Origin: a virus
Lineage: Duplodnaviria; Caudoviricetes
IMG/VR virus record: IMGVR_UViG_3300012943_000041
Location: 1 to 47,649 of that record
Direction: 5' to 3' (one strand)
Length of the DNA: 47,649 nt
Shown one piece after another: positions 44,913 to 47,649 of the stretch (position 1 is its first letter; every line of letters starts with the position of its first letter). The position numbers were made by a program, and so were the translations under genes. The notes below the pieces were generated by a model. That model was not told the origin of the DNA. It worked only from the letters and a program-made list of their open reading frames with translations, and searched no databases.

Positions 44913-46066
44913 CCTGCGACAAGCTGGACGAGCATTACCTTGCCACTCACCGGCCGACCGCCAGTGAACAGGATTCCTACAGCGTTTCAGAGGCCCTCGC
45001 CGATTACTGGATCGAGCACGGCAGCAAGCAATCCAGCCAGGAGGCCATCAAGTCCCGCCTGAAACTGCTCAGCCGGTTCATCGACCTCGAGGTTGACGCC
45101 GGCCGCCTCGCGGATCCCTTCCTCCCCGAACAGGTCGACGACCGCTGGCTCGAGCGCTTCCGCGCCTGGGCGATCGCAGTCCCGATCGTCGCCCGGAAGA
45201 AGGATGGCGCCGGCAACTGGATCGATGGCGCCAGCCGGAAGCGCGCGCCTTCCACCGTCGAGGAAAGCGTGATCGCGCTCAAGGCCGCGCTCCGCCATGC
45301 GTTCGATAACCGACGGACCCGCTATGTCCCGCCGCTCAAGCACAAGACGCGCGACCAGGTCACGCCGGCGCGGTCTTATCGCCTGTCGGTGGGCGCGATC
45401 GGCGAGATCCTCGACTTCACCATGACCGGCAGCGGCAACTATGGAGGTCACGCCGACCGCCTCATTCCGCTTCGCCGCTATCTCGTGGCGGCGATCACCA
45501 CCCTGGCGCGGCCCGACGCCATCCTCGACATGAATGTCACGCGCGAGCGAGGCCAGTGGATGCAGAACGAACGTCGGTTCGCCCTCAACCCCGAGGGCCG
45601 GATCCAGACCAAGAAGGTGCGCCCGATCGTGCCAGTCGTCGACCTGCTCCATTCATGGCTGATGGCGACCGACGAATGGTTTGTCTGCAACGAGCGGAAA
45701 CGGTTCGATGCGGATCAGGAGATCGAGGTCGTCGAGCAGCTGCGGGTGGCCTCGGTGCGGTCGGGCTGGGACACCGCGCGCGAGGCGCTGGGCATTCCGG
45801 CCGGGTGGGGCCCGAAGCTGATCCGGCACTCCATGGCGTCGATCCTAGCCAACCGGAAGGTCGACCTGGTCGAACTGGAAATGGCGATGGGACACCGCGT
45901 GCTGGCCAAGACCACGAGCCGCTATGCGATCTTCGATCCGGAGTATCTGGGCACGATTCGGGACGGAATTGAGGACGTCGTGACGGACCTGACGAAGCTC
46001 GCCGGAACAGCCCTTCACCCAAAACTCACCCAAGAACATGGCAATGTCGCCGTGCTGCGGGCATAG
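44747..46066 (+). CDS. int: Tyrosine integrase
   Basis: Catalytic R (LARP), K (QTKK), KxxR (PKLIRH), H (MGH), Y (TTSRY); adjacent to att. Confidence 0.88.
   Translation: MSTDKGGVYQRGGFWLDLARGAGGEPASDRWYIWWYDRSLGRQKRKSTGTSDVRLACDKLDEHYLATHRPTASEQDSYSVSEALADYWIEHGSKQSSQEAIKSRLKLLSRFIDLEVDAGRLADPFLPEQVDDRWLERFRAWAIAVPIVARKKDGAGNWIDGASRKRAPSTVEESVIALKAALRHAFDNRRTRYVPPLKHKTRDQVTPARSYRLSVGAIGEILDFTMTGSGNYGGHADRLIPLRRYLVAAITTLARPDAILDMNVTRERGQWMQNERRFALNPEGRIQTKKVRPIVPVVDLLHSWLMATDEWFVCNERKRFDADQEIEVVEQLRVASVRSGWDTAREALGIPAGWGPKLIRHSMASILANRKVDLVELEMAMGHRVLAKTTSRYAIFDPEYLGTIRDGIEDVVTDLTKLAGTALHPKLTQEHGNVAVLRA
46015..46033 (+). repeat. Integrase arm-type sites, left pair
   Basis: TCACCCAA at 46015 and 46026. 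Confidence 0.7.
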
Positions 46067-46103
46067 AAAAACCCCGCTAAGCACTTGGCCTAGCGGGGCT
46101 TTC
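46067..46103. terminator. Bidirectional terminator between int and att core
   Basis: A-run, CCCCGCTA...TAGCGGGG stem, then CTTT. Confidence 0.75.
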
Positions 46104-46105
46104 CA

Positions 46106-46154
46106 TGGTGGGCGTGGCAAGGATTGAACTTGCGACCCCTGCGATGTCAACGCA
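46106..46154 (-). other. att core: 3' half of tRNA-Val(GAC)
   Basis: TGCG-TTGACAT-CGCA anticodon arm, GTTCAATC T-loop, CCA end; 5' half absent. Confidence 0.88.
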
Positions 46155-46208
46155 ATGTCGCGTGCGGAAAACGGTAGATTTCCGGGGTTCTTGCTCCTTT
46201 GAACGTGC

Positions 46209-46223
46209 GAACGACTCAGGAAC
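46209..46223. promoter_or_regulatory. Alphaproteobacterial LexA (SOS) box
   Basis: Exact GAAC-N7-GAAC (GAACGACTCAGGAAC) in non-coding DNA. Confidence 0.6.
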
Positions 46224-46245
46224 AAAGCTGCCTTTTGCGTGAAAT

Positions 46246-46264
46246 TCACCCAAGTTTCACCCAA
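46246..46264 (+). repeat. Integrase arm-type sites, right pair
   Basis: TCACCCAA at 46246 and 46257. Confidence 0.7.
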
Positions 46265-46313
46265 GGCCGCGAATCGCTTTCCTACACGCCCTGCCGAGTC
46301 GCACAGACTGGGG

Positions 46314-46607
46314 ATGGCAAAGGCACAAGCCGGATTCCCCCGCTGGACCCACACCGTATCCCTGATGAAGGAGGCTGGCCTTCAGGTGTCCGCCGGCTGT
46401 GCGACCTGCAAGGGATGGAAGCGGCAGATCGATCTTGAGGCCATCATCGCCGCCAAGGGGCCGGATTACAGCCTCATCAACAAGCAAACGCCCTGTCCAT
46501 TCACGCCGGGCTGCAAGGGCTATGCCCGGTTCCACTACTCCGGTGGAGTGATGCGCCCGCTGTTCACGCAGGCGCGGTGGGAAAAGTGGTTCCTGCGCGG
46601 GGCTTGA
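46314..46607 (+). CDS. Small Zn-finger protein (candidate antirepressor)
   Basis: CATC...CPFTPGC; downstream of the LexA box. Confidence 0.65.
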   Translation: MAKAQAGFPRWTHTVSLMKEAGLQVSAGCATCKGWKRQIDLEAIIAAKGPDYSLINKQTPCPFTPGCKGYARFHYSGGVMRPLFTQARWEKWFLRGA

Positions 46608-46711
46608 CCTTCCGTTACGACCGCGCAACGTACTCGCCGGCTGAGGGGCAGCCCATCTTCAACGTCTTGGTAAGTGTCGAGCGCGCATAGCTCGCCATGA
46701 GGAGTTACGTC

Positions 46712-47452
46712 ATGTCCGATTTGAGCGCTGGCGCGGGATTGCTTGGCCGTTTCGAGGCGACCCGCATCATCAATTTGCCGCATCGCGCCGATCGCCGCAG
46801 GGAAACCGAAAAGGAATTCCGCAGGGTTGGCTATCCGATCGACCACCGATACGTGCAGTTCTCGGCCGCGCAACGCCCGGAGAGCGCCGGGGGGTTCGAG
46901 ACGATCGGAACCCACGGCTGTTTTCTGAGCCATCTGGCGGTGCTGAAAGAAAGCCTCGCCAAGGGCCACGCAGCGCTGTTGATCCTCGAAGACGACATCG
47001 CCTTCACTGGCGACCTTCATTCACTTGGCGACGCGCTGACCGATACCCTGATCAAGAATAAATGGGGAATCTTCTACGGCGGTCACGAGCAGATCGACCC
47101 ATCGGGCTTTGATCGTGTCGGCTCCGCTCGCCTGGTTCCGGTCGATATGCCGGTACGCACCGCCCATTTTGTCGCCTTCTGGCGGCCGACGATCGAGGTA
47201 CTCGTCCCGTATCTGGAGGCCATGCTTGAGCGCGAGCCGGGGAGCCCTGAGGGTGGGCCCATGCACGTTGATGGTGCCTATGGCTGGTTTCGCCGCGCAC
47301 ACCCCGAGGTCATCACGCTCGCCGCGCCCTTCACACTCGCCAGGCAGCGGCCGTCACGGACGGACATCCATGCTCTACCGTTGACGGACAGGCTTCCCGT
47401 CGTGCGCGATGTCAAGGAGTGGATGCGGAGAGCGCTGCCCGTTAGGGTCTAA
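46712..47452 (+). CDS. Glycosyltransferase family 25 (LPS biosynthesis-like)
   Basis: IINLPHRADRR, GCFLSHL, LILEDD motifs; GAGGAG SD. Confidence 0.85.
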   Translation: MSDLSAGAGLLGRFEATRIINLPHRADRRRETEKEFRRVGYPIDHRYVQFSAAQRPESAGGFETIGTHGCFLSHLAVLKESLAKGHAALLILEDDIAFTGDLHSLGDALTDTLIKNKWGIFYGGHEQIDPSGFDRVGSARLVPVDMPVRTAHFVAFWRPTIEVLVPYLEAMLEREPGSPEGGPMHVDGAYGWFRRAHPEVITLAAPFTLARQRPSRTDIHALPLTDRLPVVRDVKEWMRRALPVRV

Positions 47453-47474
47453 TTGCAGACATAAGGAAAATGCC

Positions 47475-47615
47475 ATGAAGGTTCGCGAGATACTTGAAGC
47501 CCTTGATGGGGTCGATCCCGATGCTGAGGTGCTCATCAACCGCCGACTTGATGACGAAATCGAGGGTAAATTTAACTTCAAGCTCGGCCACATCCTCCGC
47601 GCCCTGATAATATAA
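47475..47615 (+). CDS. Small hypothetical protein or gene remnant
   Basis: AAGGA SD; MKVREILEAL..DPDAEV; runs into AT-rich DNA. Confidence 0.4.
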   Translation: MKVREILEALDGVDPDAEVLINRRLDDEIEGKFNFKLGHILRALII

Positions 47616-47649
47616 TTAAAATTGGGGAAGAATATCTTAAATACTTGGA

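Larger units (their letters stand above)
1..47649. mobile_element. Temperate siphovirus genome (near complete; probably excised/attP form)
   Basis: Terminase, portal, capsid, tail, lysis, immunity, replication, integrase and att modules are all present, with tightly coupled ORFs (ATGA/TGATG overlaps). Confidence 0.95.

Noticed and set aside
46106-46185. Complete tRNA-Val gene
   Set aside because: The D-arm and 5' acceptor strand are missing; only the att core is present
1-47649. Diversity-generating retroelement, retron or tail-fibre invertase system
   Set aside because: No reverse transcriptase motif, serine invertase or TR/VR repeat pair seen

Overview
The window is a near-complete, GC-rich temperate siphovirus genome from an alphaproteobacterial host (Sphingomonadaceae-like by gene content; this is inference). 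The minus strand reads right to left: cro/cII-like genes, three DNA methyltransferases, a RuvC-like resolvase, DnaB and a replication initiator, an LmbU-like regulator, terminase, portal, head, tail, tailspike, lysis cassette and a truncated fibre-like gene. The plus strand carries a cI-like repressor, an early operon (Cys-repeat protein, RecT-like, tandem-HTH, MarR, Gp37/Gp68) and a tyrosine integrase. The integrase is followed by a 3'-half tRNA-Val(GAC) core with arm repeats on both sides, which looks like an intact attP, then a Zn-finger gene preceded by a LexA box and a GT25 glycosyltransferase. Most notable signals: (1) six intergenic copies of GCGTCCGTA at fixed spacing before late genes, four of them apparently leaderless; (2) an Acb1-like 2H phosphoesterase fused to the portal, with a ~19-nt complement of the 16S rRNA 3' end in the linker; (3) a ~130-190 nt multi-hairpin RNA candidate in the head operon; (4) a repressor with no self-cleavage domain plus a LexA-boxed Zn-finger gene, a candidate antirepressor switch. 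All family calls come from motif recognition by eye; no database searches were run.
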